This document shows positions 15,865 through 25,935 of a stretch of 64,000 nucleotides of DNA, piece by piece. Positions within the stretch are counted from its first letter, which is position 1. Every line of letters starts with the position of its first letter. Under the pieces are notes generated by a model. That model ran no database searches and was not told the origin of the DNA. It worked only from the letters and a program-made list of their open reading frames with translations. This DNA is from a virus (lineage: Duplodnaviria > Heunggongvirae > Uroviricota > Caudoviricetes), in IMG/VR virus record IMGVR_UViG_3300026980_000004; one strand, given 5' to 3'. A program made the position numbers and the translations under genes.

Positions 15865-18534
15865 TTATTTTTTTATACCTATTATATAGATAAACATATC
15901 ATCAGTAAAATCATCATGTATTGTAAAGTTATTATTTTTTATTTCATTTTTTAATTCTTCTATTTTATCCATCCATCTATTTTTTGGTTCCACTATTAAC
16001 ACATATTGATATGGTTTTAATATTCTATTAGCTTCTTTAATATATTCGTTATAATTAGTTCCCATAAGAGATAATGAGAATATAACCACATCCATAGAAT
16101 TATCTTCTAGTGGTGTGTTAGATATATCACATGCAATTACTTCATCATTTATTGCTATATGATCAAATGAATATAATTTATTTTGTATTAGAGTTCTTAG
16201 AGGGTCTAATCCACAACCTAGGTCTGCCACAATCCAATCTGGTCTTTTATTTACATAATCAACAATATAATCAAGATGATTAGTTTTCCATTTAGATTTT
16301 AGTTCATTATAATATGTATGATATAGTTCCCATTCCTTTGGGTTTTTAGTTAGTTTTATATTTAGGTTTTTCGAATTTGAGTTATACCATCCGTTATTAA
16401 TATAAGTAAAATCCCTATATTTCTTTTTTGCTTTGTTATAGTCAATATCGATTAATGGTACTGTAATTTTATTTCTATTTATGATTAAATCATAATTTCC
16501 TGTTTGTATTCTATTAATAATATTATTTAATGCAATTTTAGCATTTTCAAAAAGAGTTTCTGGTTTAGGTATATTTCCGTTTGTTGGTAATTTACCATCG
16601 ATTGCAGCATCTGATATAGTTCTTTTATTTTTTATGATAGGTAACCTATAATCTCTATCAAAAGACCATTCACCATATGGTTGATGTCTTATTATGATTT
16701 GAGGAATTAAGATATCTACAGTGTTTTTGGGGTATCCAATTCTACACAACCTACCAACAATTTGATCGTACTCAGCAGTCGTCCAAGGAAGTGATAAGAA
16801 TATAATTTTATTAAAGTTATATTGAAGTCCATTAACTCCAGTACTAAGAGGCATACTACCAATAATGATATCAATATCACCATTGATTGCGGAATTTAAA
16901 ACATTATCTCTTTCTTTTGGGTTATCTCCAGTGAATTTTTCAATTCTATAATTTGTTTTTTCTCTTAATAAATTAAAAGCTTTATTAACAATATTAGTTG
17001 TGTATTGTGTATAGATAATCGTACCCTTTGTAATTAAATTATTTTCTAGTAAATAATTTAATTTAATTGGGGATAGAATGATATCCATATCTGGTGTTGA
17101 TCCGCTTCTTTGTATTTTGGTTATCTCATTTATATAGTAATGCCCATCTATTTCTATTTCTGTTTGATTTAGTTTAATATCACTAAAATCCAGTATATAT
17201 CTTAATCCGTTTATGGTTAATTGTTTAAATATACTAATACAACTATTAACATCATTTGTTGTTGTTAATTCTGGATATTCTTCACCAGTAATCATTTCCA
17301 AAATTGCTTTTGCCTCTGATAATTCATTTATAACTGGAGTTGCTGTCATACCTAAAACTTTCAAATTTTCATTTTTTTCACCAGCTTTTATTACCAAAGT
17401 ATTTATTAATTTTCTTCTTGTAGATGTTTCTGAATTATCTCTTTTTTTTACTAATTGTATTTCATCCAATACGATAAAATCAATGATATTGTTATCAACT
17501 ATTTTAAGTATATAATTTTGAAATGAGGTATTCTGATATTTTTCATAATTAAATATAACATAATTATGTTTATTCTTATTGAATATATAATTATTTCTAC
17601 TAGGATTTGTGATTACATTAGAATCTGGAAAAGCATTTTTTATATTATCTTTCCATGTTTTAACTGTAGAGTTATATACAACAATAATTGTTAATTTTGC
17701 ATTAATATATCTAGATGCTATTATTGCTGATAATGTTTTACCAGAACCCGTTCCAGACCAATTACCATATCTATTTTTTTTACTTAATCTATAGCAAATT
17801 AATTTTTGCATCAGATTAGGTTTTACAATATTATTATTAATATCTTTATATTGAAAACCTTCTGGTATAACAAGATTATTTACTTCTTGATATTCTTTTA
17901 GAAATAATTCTCTAAATTCAGTTAGATTTTTTCCGAAGTTTATTTCATTTGAATTTAATTCGTTTAAGATTTCTGTATTACCGTTAAGAACTTGATTCCA
18001 AATTTTATTTAAATTAATTTTAAAAATAAATTCTATAGTTTCCAGATCATCTGATTGTACTAAATTAGAATCTATATATTGAAGATTTTTTATTTTAACT
18101 TTTTGTTCTCTTAATTCATATTCTTTTTCTAGGGTAATGGTGTCAAATTCTTTTATAGGTAGATCATCTTGATCATTTATTATTGTTTGTGTATTATTAT
18201 TATTTTTAGTTAATTGTTCGGTTGTTTTTAATTTGATTAAATTATCAATTGAACAATCTTGTTCAATTTTTGATAGGATATTTTCTATAAATTCAACTCT
18301 TTCTTTATTAGTATTAGGTTTTGTTGAAAATTCGTTGAATATTGAAGAATTTAGTAAACATTTTATTGCTTCATCGTTTTGTTTTTCTCTGATTAGAATT
18401 AAAAGTTCTGCATCACTTAATACTGTGATGTAATCTTTCAATTTTTCAAGGAAATTAATCAGATTGGTTAACTCAAGGTTCTTCTTTTTGAGTATTTTTG
18501 TAAAAAAGTTAATATCTTCTTTATTCTCGTACAT
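15865..18534 (-). CDS. SF2 helicase fused to C-terminal Rrp8/Methyltransf_8-like SAM methyltransferase
   Basis: GTGSGKT, LDEIQ, TAT, QIVGRLCR; VADLGCG...IACDISNTPLEDNSMDVVIFSLSLMGTN...EANRILK. Confidence 0.85.
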   Translation of the reverse strand: MYENKEDINFFTKILKKKNLELTNLINFLEKLKDYITVLSDAELLILIREKQNDEAIKCLLNSSIFNEFSTKPNTNKERVEFIENILSKIEQDCSIDNLIKLKTTEQLTKNNNNTQTIINDQDDLPIKEFDTITLEKEYELREQKVKIKNLQYIDSNLVQSDDLETIEFIFKINLNKIWNQVLNGNTEILNELNSNEINFGKNLTEFRELFLKEYQEVNNLVIPEGFQYKDINNNIVKPNLMQKLICYRLSKKNRYGNWSGTGSGKTLSAIIASRYINAKLTIIVVYNSTVKTWKDNIKNAFPDSNVITNPSRNNYIFNKNKHNYVIFNYEKYQNTSFQNYILKIVDNNIIDFIVLDEIQLVKKRDNSETSTRRKLINTLVIKAGEKNENLKVLGMTATPVINELSEAKAILEMITGEEYPELTTTNDVNSCISIFKQLTINGLRYILDFSDIKLNQTEIEIDGHYYINEITKIQRSGSTPDMDIILSPIKLNYLLENNLITKGTIIYTQYTTNIVNKAFNLLREKTNYRIEKFTGDNPKERDNVLNSAINGDIDIIIGSMPLSTGVNGLQYNFNKIIFLSLPWTTAEYDQIVGRLCRIGYPKNTVDILIPQIIIRHQPYGEWSFDRDYRLPIIKNKRTISDAAIDGKLPTNGNIPKPETLFENAKIALNNIINRIQTGNYDLIINRNKITVPLIDIDYNKAKKKYRDFTYINNGWYNSNSKNLNIKLTKNPKEWELYHTYYNELKSKWKTNHLDYIVDYVNKRPDWIVADLGCGLDPLRTLIQNKLYSFDHIAINDEVIACDISNTPLEDNSMDVVIFSLSLMGTNYNEYIKEANRILKPYQYVLIVEPKNRWMDKIEELKNEIKNNNFTIHDDFTDDMFIYIIGIKK

Positions 18535-18635
18535 CTTATTATAATTATTTTTTACAAATATACATGAAATATTTTTTAATACAAAAAAAATTAATTACAT
18601 TTGCCAAAACAAATAAATGATTATATCATATAGAC

Positions 18636-19052
18636 ATGAAAATTGAAATATCTAATTACGATGCACAGAAGAAATTTAATGCATTATATTGGGGTCAGCC
18701 AGTTGGTGAGACATGGGTTGCTATTGGTTATAAGGATACGAAAGTTTGTCAAGCACAGGATGGTTTTAGATTAAGGTTAAAATCGGTTAATGACATTAGT
18801 GATGAGGATGCCATTGAGATTGCAAAAATGTATTCTTTAAATATTAATAAGAATGAGTATAGTGTATATAAAAATGATTTTGGTAAAACGTTTGTTTCTT
18901 GGGGTGAGACATATTTAGAAAAATTATTAATCGATGATGTTCTTACTAAAAGTGAGAGTGTTGATTACCTAAGATCAAAAGGATATGCATTGCCATATTT
19001 AGGATTAAGCGTTCAAGATTTAATAAATGCAGGATGGGTCAAGCTAGTTTAA
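18636..19052 (+). CDS. hypothetical protein
   Basis: 138 aa; TACATTTG -7 box at about 18596. Confidence 0.75.
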   Translation: MKIEISNYDAQKKFNALYWGQPVGETWVAIGYKDTKVCQAQDGFRLRLKSVNDISDEDAIEIAKMYSLNINKNEYSVYKNDFGKTFVSWGETYLEKLLIDDVLTKSESVDYLRSKGYALPYLGLSVQDLINAGWVKLV

Positions 19053-19615
19053 TATGGAAAGATGTTGAAGGGTACGAAGGATTGTATCAAGTTTCAACAA
19101 CAGGGTTGGTGAAATCACTGTCTTCTAATAAAGGAAATCAATATTCTAATAAAGTGTTTCTAAAAAAACAATTTTTAAACAGGTACGGATATTTAATGGT
19201 AACCTTTAGAAAAAATGGTGTTAGAAAAAATTTTACTGTACATAAGCTAGTAGCTAAAGCATTTCTCTCAAATCCTGAAAACAAGCCTCAAGTCAATCAC
19301 ATAAATGGAAATAAGATTTGTAACAGAGTTGAAAATTTAGAATGGTGTACGTCAAGTGAAAATCAAAAACACCGATTTAATACACTTAATCATACTGTAT
19401 ATAATAGACTACTTAACAAAAATGAGGTTTTTGAAATATTATCTCAAAAAGGGAAAGGTTGGAGAAAAGAAATTTCTAAAAAACTAGGTGTTTCTGAGGC
19501 TTGTATTAAAGCAGTTAGATCAGGTAGAAATTATAGTGATTGGTACAAAGAATTTATGGGATTAAGTGTTGATGATATGGTTGAGGGTGGTTGGATTAAA
19601 TTGATTGAGATATGA
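19034..19615 (+). CDS. NUMOD4-HNH homing endonuclease
   Basis: WKDVEGYEGLYQVSTTGLVKS (NUMOD4); VHKLVAKAF...VNHINGNKICNRVENLEWCT..EN (HNH). Confidence 0.9.
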   Translation: MGQASLIWKDVEGYEGLYQVSTTGLVKSLSSNKGNQYSNKVFLKKQFLNRYGYLMVTFRKNGVRKNFTVHKLVAKAFLSNPENKPQVNHINGNKICNRVENLEWCTSSENQKHRFNTLNHTVYNRLLNKNEVFEILSQKGKGWRKEISKKLGVSEACIKAVRSGRNYSDWYKEFMGLSVDDMVEGGWIKLIEI

Positions 19616-19842
19616 TACCCATTAATTTTGATGAAAAATCACACAAGCTGGTATCGTTTAAAAAATTATCTAATGATTATGAATTAGTGATGGGCGATGT
19701 TGCTAGATATGAACTTAGGTTTAGAGTTCCTTTATTATTTGGATTTATTTGGGCTGAATTAAAAAGAGAAGTTAGATTTTATACTATTGTAATAGAAAGA
19801 GAAATAATGGAGAATAAATGGAATAAATTAATCGAATCATGA
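19612..19842 (+). CDS. hypothetical protein
   Basis: ATGA-coupled operon. Confidence 0.7.
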   Translation: MIPINFDEKSHKLVSFKKLSNDYELVMGDVARYELRFRVPLLFGFIWAELKREVRFYTIVIEREIMENKWNKLIES

Positions 19843-20078
19843 AACTAGATGAATTTGGAAAACAGGTTTGGAAACATAAAACCAACAAAAGACTATTCTT
19901 AGAGCAATCTTTTGCTTGGGTTGATGGGTTAATTCTTTTGGATGAAACAATTGGAAGACAGATAGTAGATGAATATAAAGCATCTAGTTATGATTTTAGT
20001 GCTTGGGAACCAATGACTAAAGAAGAATATAAATCAGTTAAATCAAAATACAGGGAAATATATAAAATAGATCTATGA
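19839..20078 (+). CDS. hypothetical protein
   Basis: ATGA-coupled operon. Confidence 0.7.
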   Translation: MKLDEFGKQVWKHKTNKRLFLEQSFAWVDGLILLDETIGRQIVDEYKASSYDFSAWEPMTKEEYKSVKSKYREIYKIDL

Positions 20079-20437
20079 AAATACAATTGGAAGAATATTT
20101 ACATCTACCATATCCGAGTGGGGAGATTGTGGATAGATACTTAGCAGTTTTACAAGAAAATGTGGAATATCCAGCATTTACAATTGATTCAAATCTTAAT
20201 GTTATTGAATGTGTGGGTATTATTAAAAAAAATGGTTCATATAATTATCATAATAATTATGATGATTCTAGCAATGAGTTATATTGTTTAGTTGGGAATG
20301 AATTTAATAATGTTAGATCGGAATATAATCAATGGTTTTCCCTTAATAAAAATGAAGTTATTGAACTACAGAAGAAACTTATTGTTAAGTGGAAAAGTGT
20401 ATTAGAGAGGGAGCTTAAAAGAATTAATGAATTATGA
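20075..20437 (+). CDS. hypothetical protein
   Basis: ATGA-coupled operon. Confidence 0.7.
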   Translation: MKIQLEEYLHLPYPSGEIVDRYLAVLQENVEYPAFTIDSNLNVIECVGIIKKNGSYNYHNNYDDSSNELYCLVGNEFNNVRSEYNQWFSLNKNEVIELQKKLIVKWKSVLERELKRINEL

Positions 20438-20718
20438 AACCTTTTTATTGGAGACCTTCTGTTGAAGAAGCGAAACAATTCTTAACATATTCATTTAGGG
20501 CAAATCCAATGAATGATGAATATGTTGGAGAATTTTGGAAAAATGATGTACCTGTTGATGTTTTATATCCAGCAAATACAAATCCAAAAGAAGTTGAATT
20601 TGCCAAAAAATGGTGGAAAAAGACTAATGAGGAAGATATGTATGTTCTTGAGAAAGAAAGAGAAGCGTTTGAATTATTTTATTCATCATTGAAAAATGAA
20701 ATTGAGATACATTTATGA
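20434..20718 (+). CDS. hypothetical protein
   Basis: ATGA-coupled operon. Confidence 0.7.
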   Translation: MKPFYWRPSVEEAKQFLTYSFRANPMNDEYVGEFWKNDVPVDVLYPANTNPKEVEFAKKWWKKTNEEDMYVLEKEREAFELFYSSLKNEIEIHL

Positions 20719-20897
20719 AATATAAAACTAAAGATGAATTTATTGCTAATTATTTAGAAAATGATAGAAGATTAAAAAACTGTAAGTTACCATATGGAAT
20801 GGCATATTTAACTTTGGTTGGTGAGGTTGAGGAGGATGCTGAACGTAAGTGGAATAATTATAAGAAAAGATATAGTACAACTAAAGTGAAAGGTTAG
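20715..20897 (+). CDS. hypothetical protein
   Basis: ATGA-coupled operon. Confidence 0.65.
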   Translation: MKYKTKDEFIANYLENDRRLKNCKLPYGMAYLTLVGEVEEDAERKWNNYKKRYSTTKVKG

Positions 20898-20914
20898 AAA
20901 ATAATTATTAAATT

Positions 20915-21178
20915 ATGAAAACATTAGAACAAGAAGCTGAAGAATATTTCGATAATAACATATATTGTGATGGGATTACAAATTTTGAGGAAGATATAAG
21001 TAAGCGTTGTTTTATCGCAGGGGCAAATAGCAAATCGGTACAAGCTGAGAAGATTATGGCTCTGATTGAAGAAAATGAATCGATATTACAAATGCTCTTT
21101 TTACATGGGAATGAATCTAGTAGAATTAGAGTCGCAGGGCGAATAGAATTATTGAAGGAACAATTAAAAAACATATAA
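20915..21178 (+). CDS. hypothetical protein
   Basis: 87 aa; MKTLEQEAEEY...FIAGA pattern typical of small phage genes. Confidence 0.7.
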   Translation: MKTLEQEAEEYFDNNIYCDGITNFEEDISKRCFIAGANSKSVQAEKIMALIEENESILQMLFLHGNESSRIRVAGRIELLKEQLKNI

Positions 21179-21179
21179 A

Positions 21180-21392
21180 ATGGATAACTATTATTTTACT
21201 TTAGAAAAGGCTAAAGAAATAAATAATAATCCTGAATTATTAGAAAAAGAGGCTTTAATAATGAAAAAATCTTTTGATACACAAGGTAATCAAAAACATA
21301 GTTTAGAAGGACAATTTAATTATCATAATGCATTATTTATGGAAAAGGTTTTTTATGAACAATTGGTACCGATATTTAGAAAATATGTTTGA
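21180..21392 (+). CDS. hypothetical protein
   Basis: 70 aa, end of operon. Confidence 0.65.
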   Translation: MDNYYFTLEKAKEINNNPELLEKEALIMKKSFDTQGNQKHSLEGQFNYHNALFMEKVFYEQLVPIFRKYV

Positions 21393-21438
21393 ATTAGAAT
21401 TGTTGTTAATTAAATATTAAAAATAATTTACCAAATAT

Positions 21439-21654
21439 TCATTTTTTTATATTATTTATAAGTTCAATATATTTCTTCATATGTATTTTATATTTTTTTA
21501 GTAATCTAAAGTACATATATTTCCAGTCTAGTTCTTGTACAATTGTTTGTATTGCTTCTGTGAGTATTTTTGGTGGTATCATTTCAACATCGTCATTACC
21601 TTGTCTCCATTGGTTGTGTTCACTTAGTATTTTGATAGCTTCCTTATAGTCCAT
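21439..21654 (-). CDS. hypothetical protein
   Basis: 71 aa; TATATTTG promoter at about 21675. Confidence 0.65.
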   Translation of the reverse strand: MDYKEAIKILSEHNQWRQGNDDVEMIPPKILTEAIQTIVQELDWKYMYFRLLKKYKIHMKKYIELINNIKK

Positions 21655-21712
21655 AACTATTTGTATATTATATGCAAATATAATGTTTTTTATTGAAAAT
21701 GTATTTATATGT

Positions 21713-22450
21713 ATGAAAATTATTTCTATAATTAATGAAGAGATTTCTTCTATATTAGGTGAGAATAAATTAGAAGATAATATATCATTTACAGATACAC
21801 TACAATTTAAGAATTGGTTTGGTAATTCTAAGGTAGTCGATAAAGAAGGTAATCCATTACCCGTATATCACGGTAGTCCAGTTGGTGGTATAGAAAATTT
21901 CAAGAATAAGGATGGTGTTATCGAAGTTTTATCAAGTGGGTTGAAAGAATATGGTATTTTCTTTACAACAAATATTGAGTTAGCTAAATTATATAAAGAA
22001 AATAGAAAATTATCACCAGAATATATTAATAATATTAAAAAAGAGATAGTAAAATTACAGAATATACAGAATGATACAAGAAACAGTAAAGAATATTATG
22101 AATATAACGATATGATTGAAAAATTAAAGAGGAAATTAAGAGGTGAAATATATCAGTCATATTTAAAAATTGTAAATCCTTTTATATTTGATGCTAAAGG
22201 TAAGGATGGATATTATGGTTGGAAAGAAGCCAAGATTGATATTGGTTATAAAACAGCTGTTGGTTTCGATGCTATTGAAGCTGTTGCAGGATATAATTCA
22301 ATGTATAAATCCAATTATGATGGGATTATTGCAAAAAATATAATTGATTTTCACACGTATGGTAGTGATGATCCAAAACATAAAAATTTTCACGGAGATG
22401 CTTATGTAGTTTTTTCACCATCACAAATTATGATTGAAAAGGAAATTTAA
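21713..22450 (+). CDS. polyvalent-protein-type ADP-ribosyltransferase-like domain protein
   Basis: FKNWFGNSKVVD..GNPLPVYHGS...GIFFTTN...YDGII...YVVFSPSQI; leader MKIISIINEE; GTATTTATA at 21701. Confidence 0.7.
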   Translation: MKIISIINEEISSILGENKLEDNISFTDTLQFKNWFGNSKVVDKEGNPLPVYHGSPVGGIENFKNKDGVIEVLSSGLKEYGIFFTTNIELAKLYKENRKLSPEYINNIKKEIVKLQNIQNDTRNSKEYYEYNDMIEKLKRKLRGEIYQSYLKIVNPFIFDAKGKDGYYGWKEAKIDIGYKTAVGFDAIEAVAGYNSMYKSNYDGIIAKNIIDFHTYGSDDPKHKNFHGDAYVVFSPSQIMIEKEI

Positions 22451-22456
22451 AATAAA

Positions 22457-23137
22457 ATGAAAAAGGATATTAAGGAAGTAAAGAATAAAAAAAATAGAAT
22501 AAAGGGTATTATGGGTTATCCTATTTTGGGTGTTAATTATTTAAATAGTGATTCTGATGGAAGTGGTGAATCATCTGGTGATGGGGGTGGTATGGGTGAG
22601 TCCAAAGTAATAGATATTGTTAAGATGTTAGTTGAGGAAGTATTATCTGAAATGCCAAGGGATTTTGATGAGAATATGTTAACCTTCGATAAAATACCTA
22701 AGCAGATTTTAGATAATTATTATAAAAATATTACGATTAGTGTAGCATTCGTAAAAAAAGATGGTAGTATTAGACACATGGCATTTAGAAAAAAACTAAA
22801 TGCATATATTAGGAGTACAAACGAAAAGACTGAACTACAGTCAAATATTTTACAGAACAATAATTTATTGCAAGTTTACGACACTAATTTATTTATTAAA
22901 GCAAAAAAAGAGGGTAAAGACCCTAATATGGCAGCAAGAAGTTCATTCAGGAGGGTTACAATGGATAACGTATTGGGTTTTCTGACGGGTGGTAAGTTTT
23001 ATGATGCAAGGGGTATTAATAAAATAAAGGAAAGATATGGGGAAGATGTTTATAATAGTTTAACACCAGGAATGAAGAAAGCCATGCTTAAAGAAATTGA
23101 ATATATTGATGGTGAACTTAATTCTGGTGAAAAGTAA
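22457..23137 (+). CDS. WYL_2/SH3-like beta-barrel protein
   Basis: VAFVKKDGSIRHM...LQVYD...SFRRVTMDNV; Gly/Ser linker and LVEEVLSE in the N-terminus. Confidence 0.55.
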   Translation: MKKDIKEVKNKKNRIKGIMGYPILGVNYLNSDSDGSGESSGDGGGMGESKVIDIVKMLVEEVLSEMPRDFDENMLTFDKIPKQILDNYYKNITISVAFVKKDGSIRHMAFRKKLNAYIRSTNEKTELQSNILQNNNLLQVYDTNLFIKAKKEGKDPNMAARSSFRRVTMDNVLGFLTGGKFYDARGINKIKERYGEDVYNSLTPGMKKAMLKEIEYIDGELNSGEK

Positions 23138-23339
23138 AATGTCTCCAATGTGTTTCATTTAAATCCACATCATCTTCATAAATATATTTAATATTAAATA
23201 AAATTTCAACACACTTTGCAAGTTCAAATGTTGTTATATCTTCTTTTGGATTCCAAGATACGTTGAGTGGTTTTTTTAATTCTATACCAATTCCAGTATT
23301 TACAATAATTCTATTTTCTCCTTTTTCTATATTTTTCAT
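23118..23339 (-). CDS. hypothetical protein
   Basis: 73 aa ORF. Confidence 0.6.
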   Translation of the reverse strand: MKNIEKGENRIIVNTGIGIELKKPLNVSWNPKEDITTFELAKCVEILFNIKYIYEDDVDLNETHWRHFTFHQN

Positions 23340-23377
23340 GGTTAAATAATTTTATTTACAAAAATATAAAAAATTTT

Positions 23378-24175
23378 TTAATTATCAATAACTTTTTCAT
23401 ATTTTAAATACCAATATTTGTATAATGCTTTTAATAATTTTTTTCTATCTTTTATATCATCAATTTTATTGAGTTCAATTATTTCCGAGGATTTGAAATC
23501 GTCAAAAAATTTATGTATTCCTATATTTTTTAAATAGTTATCATTTTTCGATGATATGTATTCAGAAAATCTAGCCCAATATTCATGTGGTAAATTTAAA
23601 TATTGGCTTAACAATTCATTATCAATATTTGTTTTATTTGCTTTATTTTTATAGTATTCAATAGATTTTTTATCGGTATCAAATTTTGCTTTAGATTTAA
23701 AATCATCAAAAGCATGTTGTAATTCATGTACTAGTGTTGTTTTTGTGGTTTGATTTAAAACTTTTACTAATTTATCAACTGTAAATTCACCTGTATTGTT
23801 AACGATTTTTAAAAAATATTTAAATGATTTATCATCGTGATATAAATTAATATACGGATTTTCTCTATTTTTAGAATATGAACCTTTTGCTGTTAAGTTT
23901 TCAGTAAGGACAAAATTAATTGTGATATCATATTCTGGTTTATTTAATATTCTTTCAATAAATGGTTTGATAATATTAAATTGATCAACCAGTTCTTTAT
24001 TATCCATAAATAAATCATAAGAAAGATCCATTAAATAAAATCTTTCAAAATTTTTATTACGATTTAAATAATATTTTACAATATTTATATTTAATTCTGC
24101 AATTTTTTTTATAATTAAATCAGCTAATTTAACTAATTCATTAACTTCTCTATAACCTTCATTAATATTTTTCAT
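23378..24175 (-). CDS. putative zincin metallopeptidase
   Basis: LVHELQHAFD (HExxH) with downstream PHEYWAR; GTATTTATA upstream. Confidence 0.7.
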   Translation of the reverse strand: MKNINEGYREVNELVKLADLIIKKIAELNINIVKYYLNRNKNFERFYLMDLSYDLFMDNKELVDQFNIIKPFIERILNKPEYDITINFVLTENLTAKGSYSKNRENPYINLYHDDKSFKYFLKIVNNTGEFTVDKLVKVLNQTTKTTLVHELQHAFDDFKSKAKFDTDKKSIEYYKNKANKTNIDNELLSQYLNLPHEYWARFSEYISSKNDNYLKNIGIHKFFDDFKSSEIIELNKIDDIKDRKKLLKALYKYWYLKYEKVIDN

Positions 24176-24234
24176 ATAATTAATATATATAATATAAATA
24201 CATTATATCTGTATTTATATTATATATAAAAGCG

Positions 24235-24717
24235 ATGGATTTAATTAAAATAATAAAAGAGGAATACAATAAACTTGGAAGGGGTGCATTTGGTAGTGTA
24301 TATAAAAAGAATGGTTTTGCACATAAATTAACTAGTGATTTTGAAGAGGCCGTATTAAGTCAAATAATAAAAGATCGTCAACATAAGTTATCGACATTTC
24401 CAAAAATATATAAAATATTTTCGGATAAAAAAATGGATAAATTTGTTATTATAAGAGAATTGGTTCAATCATTGAAAAAACCAACAGAAATTGCTAGAAT
24501 TGATGCTAATATTTATAAAATTAGAAGTTATGTGAATACTGGTAATAAGATATGATTGAGGGATATAGAAAATTCTGGTCTTCCAGATAAATTTATTGAG
24601 TTTATAAAAAATTTACGTGAAGATGTTATTAAATTAAATACTAAATTTTTTATTGATATACATTCTGGTAATATTGGTATTAATAAAAATGGTGACTATA
24701 TATTATTTGATTATTAA
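24235..24717 (+). pseudogene. minimal protein kinase-like gene interrupted by in-frame TGA (24553-24555)
   Basis: LGRGAFGSVY Gly-loop and AHK before the stop; DIHSGN and ILFD in the same frame after it. Confidence 0.75.
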
Positions 24718-24736
24718 TATATACTCACCATTTATT

Positions 24737-25240
24737 TTATTTAATCCATTTTTTTAAATCTGCAGGACTATATTTTATTGATTTAAGTACCTTATGATCA
24801 TCACGTCTAAATACAACCCATTTTCCATTTACATTTTCTTTATATGTCGATACTCCCTTATCTTCATAATTATATATTGTATCATTCGCTTCTGCTTGTG
24901 ATGTACACGCTTTACTCATATTAGATCTATGTACTTCATCGAACATATCATCAAAAATATCCTTCATACCAAATTCTAATACCGCACCAGACAATACATA
25001 TTGTAGGTCACATAAAGCATCTGCGACTTCAACCAAATCTTCGTTAATTATTGCATCTCTTAATTCATTTAATTCCTCTTGAATTAAATCAATTCTTAAT
25101 TTAGCTCTTGATACTTGGGCCAATTGTGGGGTATCTAATACTGGTGCTTTAAATGTTTTTTGAAATTCTTCAACGCTTTTTAAATAATTATTCTTTTTAC
25201 CACTATCCATATTTATGTTGTTAAAATAATATACACTCAT
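24737..25240 (-). CDS. MazG-like NTP pyrophosphohydrolase
   Basis: LRIDLIQEELNEL...VEVADALCDLQYV...FDEVHRSNMSK...KVLK. Confidence 0.85.
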   Translation of the reverse strand: MSVYYFNNINMDSGKKNNYLKSVEEFQKTFKAPVLDTPQLAQVSRAKLRIDLIQEELNELRDAIINEDLVEVADALCDLQYVLSGAVLEFGMKDIFDDMFDEVHRSNMSKACTSQAEANDTIYNYEDKGVSTYKENVNGKWVVFRRDDHKVLKSIKYSPADLKKWIK

Positions 25241-25281
25241 TTTTTTATTTGTTTTTCGTTACAAAGATAATCAAAAAAAAA

Positions 25282-25935
25282 TTAATATGTGTAAATATTT
25301 AAAATTTTATATTCTTTATCTAGTGCCATTAATGCAATTTCAACTTCTTTTAAACATTCGTTTATACCACCACCAGTTAAAACAATATTTGATTTATTTC
25401 TTAAGAAGTCCATTAAATCTGGTATATTAATACAATCACCCGCAAATTCCATTAAATCTCTAATATCTTCATCACCATATTGATTAACAAAATCATCCCA
25501 AAGTTCTTGTTCGTCTAATTCTCTAGAATCATTGATATTATTTTCTATCATGAATTTAATTAAATTTACAATCTGATCATGGTCAATCCCTTCGTCCATA
25601 CAAAATCTAAAAAATGCATATCCTTTATCATAAAATGTTGCATTATTAATTACATCATCATTCAACCCATTTTCATATAACCAATTTATATATTCTTGTT
25701 CACTTGGAAACCCAAGATCTGGACCATTAAATAAAAAAATAATATTATTATTTTGATAATTTTTGTTTAAAAATTCAATCCAATCATTTAGAAAATATTT
25801 AAAACCATCCTCATATTCTGGTTGTATATCAACATTAATAATCGTTTTTCCAGATAAATTTACGGATTCATTAATATATTTTTTTCTTTTTAATTCTTTA
25901 TTATATTCTTCTTTGATAATTTTAGATAATTTCAT
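25282..25935 (-). CDS. isochorismatase/cysteine-hydrolase-like protein with KIIKEEYN leader
   Basis: IINVDIQPEY...IVLTGGGINECL. Confidence 0.55.
   Translation of the reverse strand: MKLSKIIKEEYNKELKRKKYINESVNLSGKTIINVDIQPEYEDGFKYFLNDWIEFLNKNYQNNNIIFLFNGPDLGFPSEQEYINWLYENGLNDDVINNATFYDKGYAFFRFCMDEGIDHDQIVNLIKFMIENNINDSRELDEQELWDDFVNQYGDEDIRDLMEFAGDCINIPDLMDFLRNKSNIVLTGGGINECLKEVEIALMALDKEYKILNIYTY

Noticed and set aside
24553-24555. Genome-wide TGA or TAG recoding
   Set aside because: Long genes are intact in code 11, and many genes end in TGA overlapping the next ATG (e.g. 19612-20718).
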